Shown here piece after piece: positions 1 through 12,894 of a stretch of 64,000 nucleotides of DNA (positions are counted from its first letter, which is position 1; every line of letters begins with the position of its first letter). The notes beneath the pieces were generated by a model. That model worked only from the letters and a program-made list of their open reading frames with translations. It was not told the DNA's origin and ran no database searches. The position numbers and the translations under genes were made by a program. The DNA comes from Octopus sinensis (lineage: Eukaryota), in the NCBI RefSeq assembly GCF_006345805.1, contig NC_043019.1, positions 9,361,360 to 9,425,359 of the forward strand. Direction: 5' to 3'.

Positions 1-387
1 GTGTGTGTGTGTATGTGTGTTTGCTGGTTGTGTACGGTTTACTCTTTTTTTTTTATCACAAAGATACACCTCACCACATCACGGCAAACACAGCAAGACA
101 TGAACGCAGCTCACAACATTTAAAACCAAAAACTGAAACATTTGCTAAACTTCCGAATTCAAGAGACACGTGACAGGCTCAAACAATGGTTTCAATTCAC
201 GGCTTTTATAAACCTTCCTGAGTGAAACACAATTTGCCTGTCGTCGTCGCTCTGGTTTAACCCTAAGTCAACCTTCATCAAAGATGGAATGCTATTGATC
301 CTAAACTTCCCCCGATCTTCCCATATTTTTCCTTTGTGCCTGGAACTCAGGAGCACCTTATCCACAATGAACTTTTCTACAACGGTA

Positions 388-834
388 CAATGTAGTATCG
401 CGGTGCACTCAGCACATCGCGGAATTTTCTGGCTTCATCTATGTAAATCTATATTGCAGACTCCTCATCACTTAGCAGGTTTCTGCTGCGGGTCGGTATT
501 TATGGTTTTTTTAGATTTTAATTATTCCTGTGGTAAAATAAGCATTTTCACGCCTAAAAATTAGTAAATTAATAATAATAAGTAATACAGTACAGTACTG
601 CACCGTATAACACATTAATTAAAATATATTAAGAGAAAAAACGTAATGCATCGTAAATGAGTAAAGAAAGATTCGCACACATACCTCGGGAGGCGAGTGT
701 GTGGTGTTGTCTTGCAGTTATGATAAAATAAATAAATACAAATTAGAAAAATGCTTAAAAATATATATTCGGTTCAGTAGTGTTTCTACTTTCCAGAGTT
801 TTACCTGTCGCGGGAGGTAGTCGAGGGATTACTG
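388..834. mobile_element. Degraded Tigger/pogo-like MITE
   Basis: Right end CGAGGGATTACTG-TA (822-836) is the reverse complement of a Tigger-type CAGTAATCCCTCG terminus. TATCGCGG/CATCGCGG subterminal motifs lie near 395-423. The left TIR is poorly preserved. Confidence 0.35.
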
Positions 835-877
835 TATGTATATACATGCTGTGCATGTGCACTAAATTTTAATATTC

Positions 878-1522
878 TAGCTTAGTTCTGCTGTTTACAG
901 CAGTGCTTTGCAGGAAGGTGTGTAGCGTGTGATCGTCGCATTGAACATGACAGAGGAAGTTGAGCAGAGAATCTGCATCAAATTTTGCCAAACTTTTGCG
1001 ATACCTGCTCAGAGGCCTACGCAAAGTTTTCAAAAAGATTTCATCGTTCTCGACACAATCAAGATTTTGTGCAACTGAAACCCGAGTGTCTTTTTGGTCA
1101 GTTGAAAACAGTTTTGGCTCAAACTTGGCAGACACGCATCTCATAGCCAAATTTTCAGTGATGATGGACTGAACTGAATCGTAAGTAATCTGCACATCCT
1201 TTGGTAACTCACGGATGGGGATTCGACGATTTCCCCTCGCAGCTGCACACACGTCAGCGATGTGTTTTTCTCCGTTCTGCTGGTTGCGTGTCTCCCACAA
1301 CGTTCGTTAAATATCGACATTTTTGGGGGCCATCTTAGTAACGCCTGCACCACTCGTACTCTCGTGTGTGGCTCAGACACTCTTCGCATTACACTTTCTG
1401 CAGTTTTGCTTTGACCTCTAAGCAGGTATCGCCATGACAACTTTCTCGGTCACGGTCAATGCGACCTTCACACGCTACACACGTTCTTTCCAAGCACTGC
1501 TGTAAAAAGCGGAAGTGAGCTA
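878..1522 (-). mobile_element. Mariner transposase 5' remnant arranged as a foldback (two convergent 5' ends)
   Basis: Minus strand, with frameshifts: AKLQKV..ECLSHTR.YEWCRR..DG..., EKHIADVCAAARGNRRIPIREL, LAMRCVSAKFEPKL (mariner HTH region and WVPHEL-equivalent linker). Plus strand 947-1035 encodes MTEEVEQRICIKFCQ..DTCSEAYAK. Segments 878-1035 and 1385-1522 are inverted copies. Confidence 0.85.
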
Positions 1523-1746
1523 CAACGTTAGCTATGCGTGTGTGTGTGTGCTTGTGTGTGCGCGCGCGTGTGTGTGTGTTTATATACAGGTGTCTGTAAC
1601 TTTCTCGCACATTTTTCTTTCAGTATGTATGAGAATTTCATCTGGCGCTAAATGTCACAAACTCACTTTCATTTACATTCACACACATACACAACCACCT
1701 TTACACCCTCATACACACTCTGCCTCTCTCTTTCTCTCTCTCTTTT

Positions 1747-1794
<48 letters not shown>

Positions 1795-2537
1795 AATCTC
1801 TCTACCTATAGACACATGTGTGTGTGTGTGTGTGTGTGTGAGTTTGTAGCATAATATTAGTTGTCGGTGTGTTGTGAACGTCTTTAATCGCTGTTTTTCT
1901 TTCCTTGTGTGCACCACCGAAGTGCTCAATACTTACTTCCGTGAAAGACAAAGAAAAGAGAAAGCGATAAAGCATTTCTCAGCAACTTAACTCGACCTGC
2001 GACCTATTCCAATGGAAACGTTTTAGATTAAATCCTCGAATGTCAAACAAACCAACAGAACTTACCTTTACTTTCCTTTCGCAGTTATTTTTATCTACCA
2101 TTTTTTTTTTGTATTTTCTTTTGTTATCTTCAGTTTTGTTTGCTTTCAAAATCCAAACAGACCACAATTGCATCAAAAATATTTTTATCCTTCCTAACAT
2201 ATATGACTTGCTTTCATATGCTTTACAACCTGTGGATCGAACCTTTGAACCCTCTGACCCAAACACTTAGTGTAATTTTTTTTTATATCATAATGTAAAA
2301 ATATTGAAAATTATTTTTTGTTTTTCTCTCTTGTTTCATTTTGTATTAATTTTTGTTCTTGTTTCTTTAAAATCTGTCGGGAATTTTACTTTCTCTCGCC
2401 TCAGCAATTTTCTTGGAGATTGTTTATTCTTGTTGTTTGCATTTTTGTTTCACCCGAAAATCTCACAAGAAGGGATAAAGTCAAATATGGAGATTCATTT
2501 ATTACTAAACCCACTCCACATTTCTGCACATGAACCT

Positions 2538-2587
<50 letters not shown>

Positions 2588-2589
2588 TT

Positions 2590-2947
2590 CAAAGACACTC
2601 AACAGATTAGACTCTTGGAAAAGAAAAAACGCCTAACATCGGGCTAAAAAAAAAAAACTTAGATGCCAAGAACCCTCCTAAGTATCCTATTTGTCCCTAA
2701 TAACACTGTTTTCTCGAGCTAAACTAAACTGGGTTTTATCCCTATTTCCTCTATCAATCTGTTCAGATCTTTAAGGATAATTCCCAATGCACCAATAACT
2801 ACTGGGATACATTTTACCCGCACTCTCCATAGTCTCTGTAATTCAATGGCTGGGTCCTGGTATTTGGCTATTTTTTCTATACTGCTCATATTCATTTTTA
2901 CATCATTTGGGACTGTAAAGTTAATTATCTGGCACTTTTTATCTCTT
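2590..2947 (-). mobile_element. 3' fragment of R4/Dong-like RLE non-LTR retrotransposon
   Basis: Minus translation KKCQIINFTVPND...EKIAKYQDPAIELQRLWRVRVKCIPVVIGALG...LLGTNRILRRVLGI* is an RLE C-terminus. The 3' UTR ends in a (TAA)n tract at 2540-2587. Confidence 0.8.
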
Positions 2948-2965
2948 TATCTATTACATATATAT

Positions 2966-3014
<49 letters not shown>

Positions 3015-3018
<4 letters not shown>

Positions 3019-3598
3019 AAAACTCACAGCTTATTTTGCTGGGTGTAATGGAAAGTGTCAGCTGTCCACAGCCAGCAGACTAAGGTGACACTTGTTCACA
3101 GGTCATGCTTCAAGAACCTTACGAAGAATTCTTGCAGTTCTAAGCAATTATGCTTTTTCTAGGTGTTCTACCTTCACACTTGTCCCGATCTTTTTCAGCC
3201 ATGTTGGTAGTTGAGTGCTGATACTTCAAAGTGTACCAATTACTACTGGTGTCACGTCTACTCTCTTCATTGACCACAACCTTTCGTATTTCCCACTTCA
3301 AATCCTCATAGTTGTTTATTTTTTCGTCTTCTTCCACATCGATCCTGTCGTCATCCAGGCATGCTATATCGATTATCATATAAGTTCTTTCTTTTTTATT
3401 CACCACAACAATGTCCGGTTTCCGATGTCTGATCGGGGGATCGCACTGGAACATTGCATCTCAAGGGATTTTGCAATTCTCATTCTCAGTGACTTCTTCT
3501 GGGGTTTGATCATACCACGTCTTTACTCTTTGGAAGTCTTGATTTCCACAGAGCTTGCAAGCCTTCTTTCAACAATCGTATCTATAATAGAAGGAAGG
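3015..3598 (-). mobile_element. 3' fragment of R4/Dong-like RLE non-LTR retrotransposon (different subfamily)
   Basis: ORF 3140-3454 contains IRHRKPDIVVVNKKERTYMIIDIAC..EKINNYEDLKWEI (PD..D RLE motif) and continues after a frameshift as ..PVVIGTL..LLRTARILRKVLEA*. The 5' truncation abuts (TAA)n at 3600-3640. Confidence 0.85.
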
Positions 3599-3640
<42 letters not shown>

Positions 3641-5923
3641 GGTGCTGGTGGTGGTGGTGGATATTTATCGTCGAGGTGGGGTATGTTCTGGAAACTCCGT
3701 AAACTCGTGTCTTGTTTTCTTTTCTGGGAAATTGCCATAAATTTTACTCTTCTACCTTTGTTAGTTCATTAGGAACCATAATGAACTGATGACTCCGTTT
3801 CGTTGGTTGCTCCACGGTGCAAAACTTTAAAACAAAGAATAAATTAAGAAATTTCCAAAATGGTTTCGTCTTTGCCAACCACCGAGCAAAACAAGAAAAC
3901 AGGAGGAGGTTTCGAAGGTGAAAGTTTCTTTCATGATCCCCTCCTACCACACAATACAACAGACGTTGCAATGATGCAAATTCTAGCAGCAATATCGATA
4001 GCAACAACAACAACAGCAAGAAAAACACCATGTCAAAGACCTACCAGCAGCGAAGCATTCAATGCCACCGACATTTCGACTGTAGCAACAAATTGTATGC
4101 ATTTGTAACAAAACAAACTAGTAACCCACTAAGAATCGATGACGGCGATGACAGAACAGCAACAAAAGTGAAAACGCAGCAAAATCTCATTCTTTTGTCA
4201 AAATCTCTAGTTTTCGACCTTGTCTCACTTGGCAAAAAGCAAGAACACTTAGAAGAGGCGGAGAAACACATCAGCAGACAAGAACAGAAACAGGTTACAC
4301 TCAATATAATATGCGACTCATTTCCACTAAACAGAAAAAGAAGCCATTTTCTATTCATGTTTATTGACGTGAATACACAAATTATTGTGTAATGCCTTCA
4401 AACAAAAGCTGAACTTGATACTGTCAGTGGATTATGAAACCGAAGTCACGGGAGTTCTCCAAAATAAAGAATTCCAAAAGAAAAATTACGTTGGTTAACG
4501 CGAAGGTAATTTTAAAAACAGACATGCAAACCACCAGTCTGTTTCCCGCCGACATATGCATATGAATAAAGAGACAAAATTAGCGATCATAGATGGGATC
4601 TGAAGCTATAGTATAAGACACTTGCCCAAGGTGCCACGCAGCCTCTCCTACGCCTATGTATATCTCTATGTATGTATATTTGTGTATATGTATATATAAT
4701 ATTCACACATATTTTATATATACTATATGAAAATAAATGGTTGAGCTGCAAAAATTGAAAGCATTCCAAATTTGAAACGAAAACATCAAAATGTCTTTAG
4801 CAGAAGCACATTGTATTAGTTTGGTTTTGCCTTGATGTCACGGTAAGGGTTTGTATTTGAGGTATACTCAACCACTTCACACTCGAATACAAGTTCAACT
4901 GTATTTGAAGGGGACAAGCAGCGTTGTTACAATGATTTTTTTTACCTGTGAATTAAGTTACCTGTGCATGAATCAACACAGCAACTACTAATGCGAAATC
5001 GTCATGGCGACCATGGATAGATTAGGCTGAGTGCACGTGATGCAGGAATGTTTAATCCCTTTTAATACATGAAGGACATTAACTGTAATTCGGCGAGGCC
5101 ATCTTGATACTGGCAAAACATGACAGAGTGAATTAGTTTGAGATTTACGTTAAAAGTACACGAGTTATCTGTTGAAGAGTGGGTCACGGAGGGAGTACAT
5201 AATCACACAGCCATTAGGTGGTTCCATTGATCACACAACTGTAAGAATACCCGGTGAAAAGATTCCATCTTTCTACGTCTTCAAGACGCTAATCCAGCGT
5301 CTTCAAGGCGTATAAAAGGATAAATGTTTCTCGGATAGATTACTTCAATAACAGCAGACATTATCTCGTCTGTCGGCTGCACATGCGCCTTGATGCATCG
5401 AACTTTGCTGTCGCATTGAAGGAGGGAGTGGGGGAGGGGTGCAGTCCCTGGTGCAATGATCGAGCGAAAACAAAGTAGATACCGTTTATCTAGTTTATAA
5501 CTGTGTGTGTGTGTGTGCGAGGAATGTTATCAAAGCGTATGTGTGTGTGTGTGAGTTTATATATATATAAGAGAGAGAGAGAGAGAGAGAGAGAGTAATA
5601 GAGACAGAGGAAGTGAGAGAGAGAGGCGATAGAATAGCATTTATATACATACAGGTAGATGTATGTGCTTATATAAACACATATACGCATTGTTCATAGT
5701 CAGGTGTATAGATACATAAAGACACACATGCATACCTGCGTGTATAAATACATTAGCGTGTGCATATACTCGTGTGTGTGCGTGTATGAATGTATGTACG
5801 TATGTATGAATACACACATACACACACACTTACAATATGATACCGGGAATGAATTCTCGAATTCCAAGTCAATTTGGAGCCAAAATAACTTCATGCTCGA
5901 AGCGATTGATTTTACATACAACA

Positions 5924-5964
<41 letters not shown>

Positions 5965-6785
5965 CAGATATACAAACACATGTACTGACAAAATATACAC
6001 ATATGCGCACACAAAACTTCTACACACACGTGCATTCACTCACACACATCGGTGCATATATTTATATATACAACTCTACACACAGAAAGATATATAATAT
6101 GCATGTATGTATGTATGTGCATATATGTATATGTATCTATATATATATATATATATATATGTGTGTATGCGTGAATGAACCCATGTATATGGCGCACGTG
6201 TGTGTGTGTTTGATGTGTATAACTCTACATTGTTAATGCATACTTTGGAACGACTTTCAAACTACATTGATAAAATATGAGAGGCAGAGAAAATTGAATG
6301 TTAATAATAAAGAGTGGGGGAAGTAAATGAAGCAGGGGTGATTAGAGGGAGAGGGGGAGTTAGAGGGAGAGAGAGAGAGAGAGAGAGAAGTGAAGAATAT
6401 GAGAGAGAAATTCTGTCTTCAGTTGTTTTGTGATCGATTTATAAAGAAATTGGGTTTCACAGAAGATTTTTCCTTCTTTTCAGATGACAATTCCTAAATT
6501 GCCTGGCAAAACGAAAATTGTGTAATTCTTGCATAGAAATAACTTGGATGGAATTGGTTTATGGAAGAAGGAGACGGATTTGTTATGTTTATTTTTTGAA
6601 AACGTTCTGTTCAAGACTTCAACTGGAAGAATGTCGAATTCAAATATAGTTTCTTAGAAATTTACTTATTATAATTTTGCGTGCATCGGTGAAAGAAGCT
6701 GTGGGTATATATAAGTGTAGAGGCACATAGACACACAGACACATAGACACATATATTGTGGGAACAGTCTGTATTCACATATATC

Positions 6786-6885
<100 letters not shown>

Positions 6886-7434
6886 CATACATGCACACAC
6901 ACAAATATGTGTACGTGTTTGTGTGTGTGTAAACATCCAGGTATAATTTGCGTATCTGCGCGTGTATATATGTGCATTCATGCATGTATATAAGTATGTA
7001 TATATAGGATTTTATGAGTATATACGGATGCACATATTCACGTGCGTATATATAAAATATATTTACGCATACAGCACCGTATATATATAGGCCTGTTTAT
7101 GCGTGTTAATGCGTATGAATATATATTATCAATGTATGTATATTCCTTTATATGGTACTGGTCGTTCCGAATCCAAAGTAGGAATAAAATTATCCAAGGT
7201 GCCAGATGATGAGGTTAAACCCGACGCCACGTAGTTCTAGAGCGAGCTTCTTCGCCACAAAGCCACACCTGCACTTACCTTAAGTTTTTTAATCGTTCAC
7301 TGCCTTATTATAAGGGCGCCATACTATACATACATCATACACACACACATGCGCGCGCGCACACACACACACACTTATATATATGTATAAATGTATGTGT
7401 TACCTATGTGTATACACACACACACAACAATTAC

Positions 7435-7720
7435 AGGCGCAGGCGTGGCAAGAAGATTACTCCTCAACCACAAGGTTCCGGGTTCAATCCCACTAAGTGT
7501 CTCCTTGGGCGATGGTCTTCTACTAAAGTTTCGGGCCGACCAAAGCCTTGAGAGTGGATTTGGTAGACGGAAAATGAAAGAAGCCGTTCGTGTATATATA
7601 TATATATATATAATGTGTGTGTGTCTTTGTATCTGTGTTTGTCCCACCACAATCGCTTGATAACCGATGTTCGTGTGTTTATGTTCCAGAAACAGCGTTT
7701 CGGCAACAGAGTAAAAGAGT
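7435..7720 (+). mobile_element. tRNA-derived SINE, family A (CORE-like, Octopus OR2-type from memory)
   Basis: AGGCGCAGGCGTGGC head, GGTTCCGGGTTCAATCCCAC B-box-like motif, CCTTGGGC core, GACCAAAGCCTTG.GAGTGGATTTGGTAGACGGAAA body. The same sequence recurs at 8 or more places in the window. Confidence 0.8.
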
Positions 7721-7851
7721 ACATTTATATATATATATATACAGATATATGAATGTATATGTACGTGCATACATATAGATAGATAGGTACATATGTGTGT
7801 GTGAGTGTGTGTGAGTGTGTGTGTGTGTGTGTGTATGTGTGTGTGTGTCTC

Positions 7852-7913
7852 AAAATAAGCAACAGGATATCAAGTAGTGATGCAGTGCTACTTGATATCC
7901 TGTTGCTTATTTT
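7852..7913. repeat. Perfect 26-bp inverted repeat with 10-nt loop
   Basis: AAAATAAGCAACAGGATATCAAGTAG (7852-7877), loop TGATGCAGTG, then the exact reverse complement (7888-7913). Confidence 0.95.
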
Positions 7914-8015
7914 CATTTTATTCACCTTACTTCGAGCTGTGCGGATAACACCGACTGACTTGGTGCTTCGACTTAAGTACCCAATTGAAATGAAACTATA
8001 TATATATATATACAA

Positions 8016-8089
<74 letters not shown>

Positions 8090-8099
8090 TATATATATT

Positions 8100-8535
8100 T
8101 AACGGGAAATACTTCTCGGATTTTGTGCTTTTCTAAATGCATTGCTAATACCTGTATTTCAGCATGATTTGTATTCTTATGCGACCACTTCACGATCTCC
8201 ATAAGATGTCCATGGATATTATAAACAATATTTAACGATATCCTATAGATCTGCTGTGGTGGTCCCATAAAAGCACGTCGTACCGAATCATATCTAGCAA
8301 TACATTAATAAAAGCATAAAATCTCCATCCGTCAAGTATTTCTCGTTATTAGTATATTTATCCCACGCTAGGCGGCGTACGGCCAACATAACAACAACAG
8401 ACAGTCAAATGGGCAGGTTTGGAAGAATGATATGTGGTGGCCAGTAACAATTTGCATAAGAGCTTTTATGAGCGCCCTGGTAGAAATCTGGCATACAACT
8501 ATATATTTAAACACACACGCACACACACACACACA

Positions 8536-8610
<75 letters not shown>

Positions 8611-9047
8611 ACGGGAAATACTTCTCGGATTTTGTGCTTTTCTAAATGCATTGCTAATACCTGTATTTCAGCATGATTTGTATTCTTATGCGACCACTTC
8701 ACGATCTCCATAAGATGTCCATGGATATTATAAACAATATTTAACGATATCCTATAGATCTGCTGTGGTGGTCCCATAAAAGCACGTCGTACCGAATCAT
8801 ATCTAGCAATACATTAATGAAAGCATAAAATCTCCATCCGTCAAGTATTTCTCGTTATTAGTATATTTATCCCACGCTAGGCGGCGTACGGCCAACATAA
8901 CAACAACAGACAGTCAAATGGGCAGGTTTGGAAGAATGATATGTGGTGGCCAGTAACAATTTGCATAAGAGCTTTTATGAGCGCCCTGGTAGAAATCTGG
9001 CATACAACTATATATTTAAACACACACGCACACACACACACACACAC

Positions 9048-9107
<60 letters not shown>

Positions 9108-9520
9108 ACGGGAAATACTTCTCGGATTTTGTGCTTTTCTAAATGCATTGCTAATACCTGTATTTCAGCATGATTTGTATTCTTATGCGACCACTTCACG
9201 ATCTCCATAAGATGTCCATGGATATTATAAACAATATTTAACGATATCCTATAGATCTGCTGTGGTGGTCCCATAAAAGCACGTCGTACCGAATCATATC
9301 TAGCAATACATTAATGAAAGCATAAAATCTCCATCCGTCAAGTATTTCTCGTTATTAGTATATTTATCCCACGCTAGGCGGCGTACGGCCAACATAACAA
9401 CAACAGACAGTCAAATGGGCAGGTTTGGAAGAATGATATGTGGTGGCCAGTAACAATTTGCATAAGAGCTTTTATGAGCGCCCTGGTAGAAATCTGGCAT
9501 ACAACTATATATTTAAACAC

Positions 9521-9608
<88 letters not shown>
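8100..9608. repeat. Tandem triplication of a ~500-bp unit (about 410 bp unique plus (CA)n(TA)n)
   Basis: Units begin ACGGGAAATACTTCTCGG at 8102, 8611 and 9108. The only difference I noticed outside the microsatellites is AATAAAAGC in copy 1 versus AATGAAAGC in copies 2 and 3. Confidence 0.95.
8102..8346. mobile_element. MITE with imperfect ~50-bp TIRs and TA flanks (copies also at 8611-8855 and 9108-9352)
   Basis: TA|ACGGGAAATACTT..GATTTTGTGCTTTTCTAAATGCATTGCTA versus the reverse complement of TAGCAATACATTAATAAAAGCATAAAATC..AAGTATTTCTCGT|TA. Confidence 0.6.
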
Positions 9609-9609
<1 letters not shown>

Positions 9610-11344
9610 CTTGTAAAACCTCGAAAGCCACATGAATAGCCGAAGGGCAACAAGTTGTTCTTTAACCCTCTCTAGAGCACAAGTGTGACATCCGACCGCA
9701 GCAGAACTTTCTAGAGGGAAGCTTGAGATATTTCACAAATGTTCAGAGGAACATCGGAATATCTATTGACACCAATATGGCGGTTATTCACAGCTGTGCT
9801 CAACACATCAAAATTGATTTACAGTGTGAACAGAAAACCACGTCGACGGGTTTTCTCATTTAACCAGTCCATGTGGGATTCTGCCAACACTAACGAAGCC
9901 CCATTCCGTCAGTAGTTGATAAACTATGTTGAACTGAAGTTGCCGGACAAGGGGGAAATAACTTATTTAGACTTATCCGCATGTATATTTTATAGACAAA
10001 TATACACAACACTGAACACTCATCGAATAAAAATACCTCATTTACGAAGAACGAAAAGAAGACGACTGCGGGACCACAAAGTTTGGTATATTTTGGCATA
10101 CTGTGTTCAATGACATAATTTGAAAAGGCATATTTCGGTACCATCCTTTTGTTTTTCTGGGGTTTTTTTTTTTTCATTGAAAAGTTCTTCATTTTCATAA
10201 CACCTGCCTACTTTCTGAATTCAAAGAAGGGGCTAATTTTGAAAAGTATCACCAGAATAAGTTGTCACCAGAATAAACTTATTCTAAGATACCGTAGTTT
10301 ATCTACGAGCTGATTGCATTGCAATTTTACGGGTGGAAATTCTTTGGAATTCTTTGATGTATTGAAATTTTCTCGAAGTTTTGTAAGCACCCAGTGACTA
10401 ATAAGAGTGTAGCCGGTGACTCATTAAGTGTCAAAAACACTCCAGGTCCTGAGAGCTTTCCAAATATATTCTATAGAAAGACTGAAAACTGTTACCAAAC
10501 ACTGTTGGCTACTTTCGTCTTTTCAATATCAATATTGTTTCGTCCGCCACTTTATCGCAATCGGTTTCGTTCTTTCCTCGAACACCGATCAGCTGTTTAA
10601 CCTTCTTTCTTAATAAAGATGTCTCACTCCTCTTTACCAATTCCCTTCTTCGCGCCTTCTTCTTCATCTTCAATTTCTTCTACATTCTGTAAACACCGAA
10701 ATGTTTTCCTTCCTTCTTTCTTTCTCAAGTCATGGCTAAGTATTCTTCAAATACATTTTGTAGCAGAAAGAATACATCCACCAGAAATATGATCCTACTT
10801 TTCTCATAATGGAAAAATCAACTTGATTTATTCTACCGAATACCGCGCATCCTTTCAACTTACCTTTTATGCTACTTTGTAGATGTATTTTATTTCAGAT
10901 ACGATCAATTGATTTTCTTTTTCCTATCAATATATATTGATGCCACAGAGAAATCATTTGATCATTTCTGTCTGCCTCACTCTTTATTCTTCCCTTTACC
11001 ATCCATCATTAGTCATAACTCAATCTCTTCTTCTTCTTTCTCCTTCTTTCTCTCTCTGTCTACCTTTCTCCAGAGTTATTTTATCATCAACTCTTCGATT
11101 TACCTTTCGCATTTAATCTCCTCTCTTATGAATGGATCTTTTTTCTTTCTAATGATTAACACTTTTCTGTTCCTTTTATTATTGAACTCAAGAAAAACCC
11201 AGTTTCCTGAAGCTTCCCCTCTTCCTCGGTTCCTTCGATTTACATTTAGGCAGCTTTTCCCACGCCTATTCATGTCTGCCCACTCCTCTAACGCACGCTG
11301 CTGTCTTTCTCTATAAAGTTTATTGCAGCAAAAATTAGACAGCG

Positions 11345-11535
11345 ATGTTATTATCGTTGTTGTTAGGAGCATTCCGTCTGTCTTTACGTTCTGAGTTCAA
11401 ATTCCGCCGAAGTCGACTTTGCCTTTCATCCTTTTGGGGTCGATAAAGTACCAGTGAAATACTGGGGTCGATGTAATCAACGAGTTTCCCCCCACAAAAT
11501 TTCAGGCCTTGTGCCTATAAGAGAAAGGATTATTG
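11345..11535 (+). mobile_element. tRNA-derived SINE, family B
   Basis: GAGTTCAAATTCCGCCGAAGTCGACTTTGCCTTTCATCCTTTTGGGGTCGATAAAGTACCAG...GGGGTCGATGTAATC. Multiple copies occur in the window. Confidence 0.8.
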
Positions 11536-11548
11536 TTACTATTATTAA

Positions 11549-11672
11549 TTTCTCTTCATCACAGTTTTTGTTGGAGCTCCTGGAGTCTTGCAGACCTGCC
11601 GCCTACGGTACCATGCTCTTTTCAGCTATCTAATACTTTCTGGATTATTCTGGCCGTGCCAAGGAGGCAAAT
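11549..11672 (-). mobile_element. Very short R4/Dong-like 3' tail
   Basis: Minus strand reads CLLGTARIIQKVLDS* plus a 3' UTR. Bounded by TAA-type repeats at about 11528-11548 and 11674-11698. Confidence 0.65.
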
Positions 11673-11699
11673 ATATTATTATTATTATTATTATTATTA

Positions 11700-11975
11700 C
11701 AAGATTTCGCACAGTGTCCAATATCGTGATGTTGTTAATTGAAGACATTGTTTTAGACTGTCTGTCAAGTCACAACAAGGACCTCAGACAGACACTACTT
11801 TACGCAATATGAGTGCAGTTCCAAGAAGCGCCGATGTTTGCAATACACCTCCATTGTAGGGTATTTCTCAAATGTCCAGATCTTTCCTCCGGTTGGGTGG
11901 TATTGAACCCAATGCTCCGATGACAATAGGAACAACTTTTATGTTCGACTCTCGTAGCTGCCACGTCTTGGCGAT
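11700..11975 (-). mobile_element. R4/Dong-like 3' fragment
   Basis: IAKTWQLRESNIKVVPIVIGALGSIP...LQTSALLGTAHILRKVVSV*. The 3' UTR ends in (TAA)n at 11674-11698. Confidence 0.8.
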
Positions 11976-12077
<102 letters not shown>

Positions 12078-12894
12078 CACGCTCTCACACATATATGTGT
12101 GAGTATAGCGTTTGTGCTAAGTTGAAGAAACAAATTTAAATTTGTTTTTCCTCCCTTATGCATTCCTCATCATTTGCTAAGCCAAACAACGACTGGTTAT
12201 TAAGTACCGCTTCTGCCAAGCGAAACAACATTATGCTTCGTTTGGGCAAGGCTGATGTGTCCAAGCAACTAACCACACTCGACACACAGACTTTTGTTTT
12301 TGGATGTTTGACGACGCAGAACTGATTAAACGAGACCTTTGCATGACGTCACCTTTAAAGTGACCAAGATGACCAGAGACACAAAACGAGGCGTTCCTAA
12401 CGAGTAAAAGTTTCCAACCCAAAAGCGCTTTTGTGTTCCAATATGGCAATAGTGGAAGCCACAAATGGATGACGTGACACAAGACCTGTGCCGGCCATTA
12501 CTTCACTACCAATAACATCAACAGGACGCAACGTCACCAAAAGTTCAGAAAGAAGCACATGTGACAGAGTCTCAACAATTGGCAGCTTCCATTATGTCAG
12601 CGAACCTTTTCACACCTCCGCTCTTTTATTTATTTATTTATTTCAGAACTATCAACGCCATCTTGGACGTTATTAAGTATCGCGCCGTTAAAAAAAAATA
12701 TTTATGACAATGACGACAACTTTGAAATCTACAGACATTCCCTCCATTATAGTTTTTGTAATACATTAATAAATTATGAAAATAGATAATGGAGTCGTGA
12801 CAATTTCGGATCTTTAAAAGCATTCACGATACTTCAACTAAATAACTGCCAAACTTTACTTTCTATTTCGAAAATGGCGTTATTCAAAATATTC

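Noticed and set aside
10620-11330. Purine-rich minus-strand stretch suggestive of a decayed retroelement ORF
   Set aside because: No diagnostic motif in any frame.
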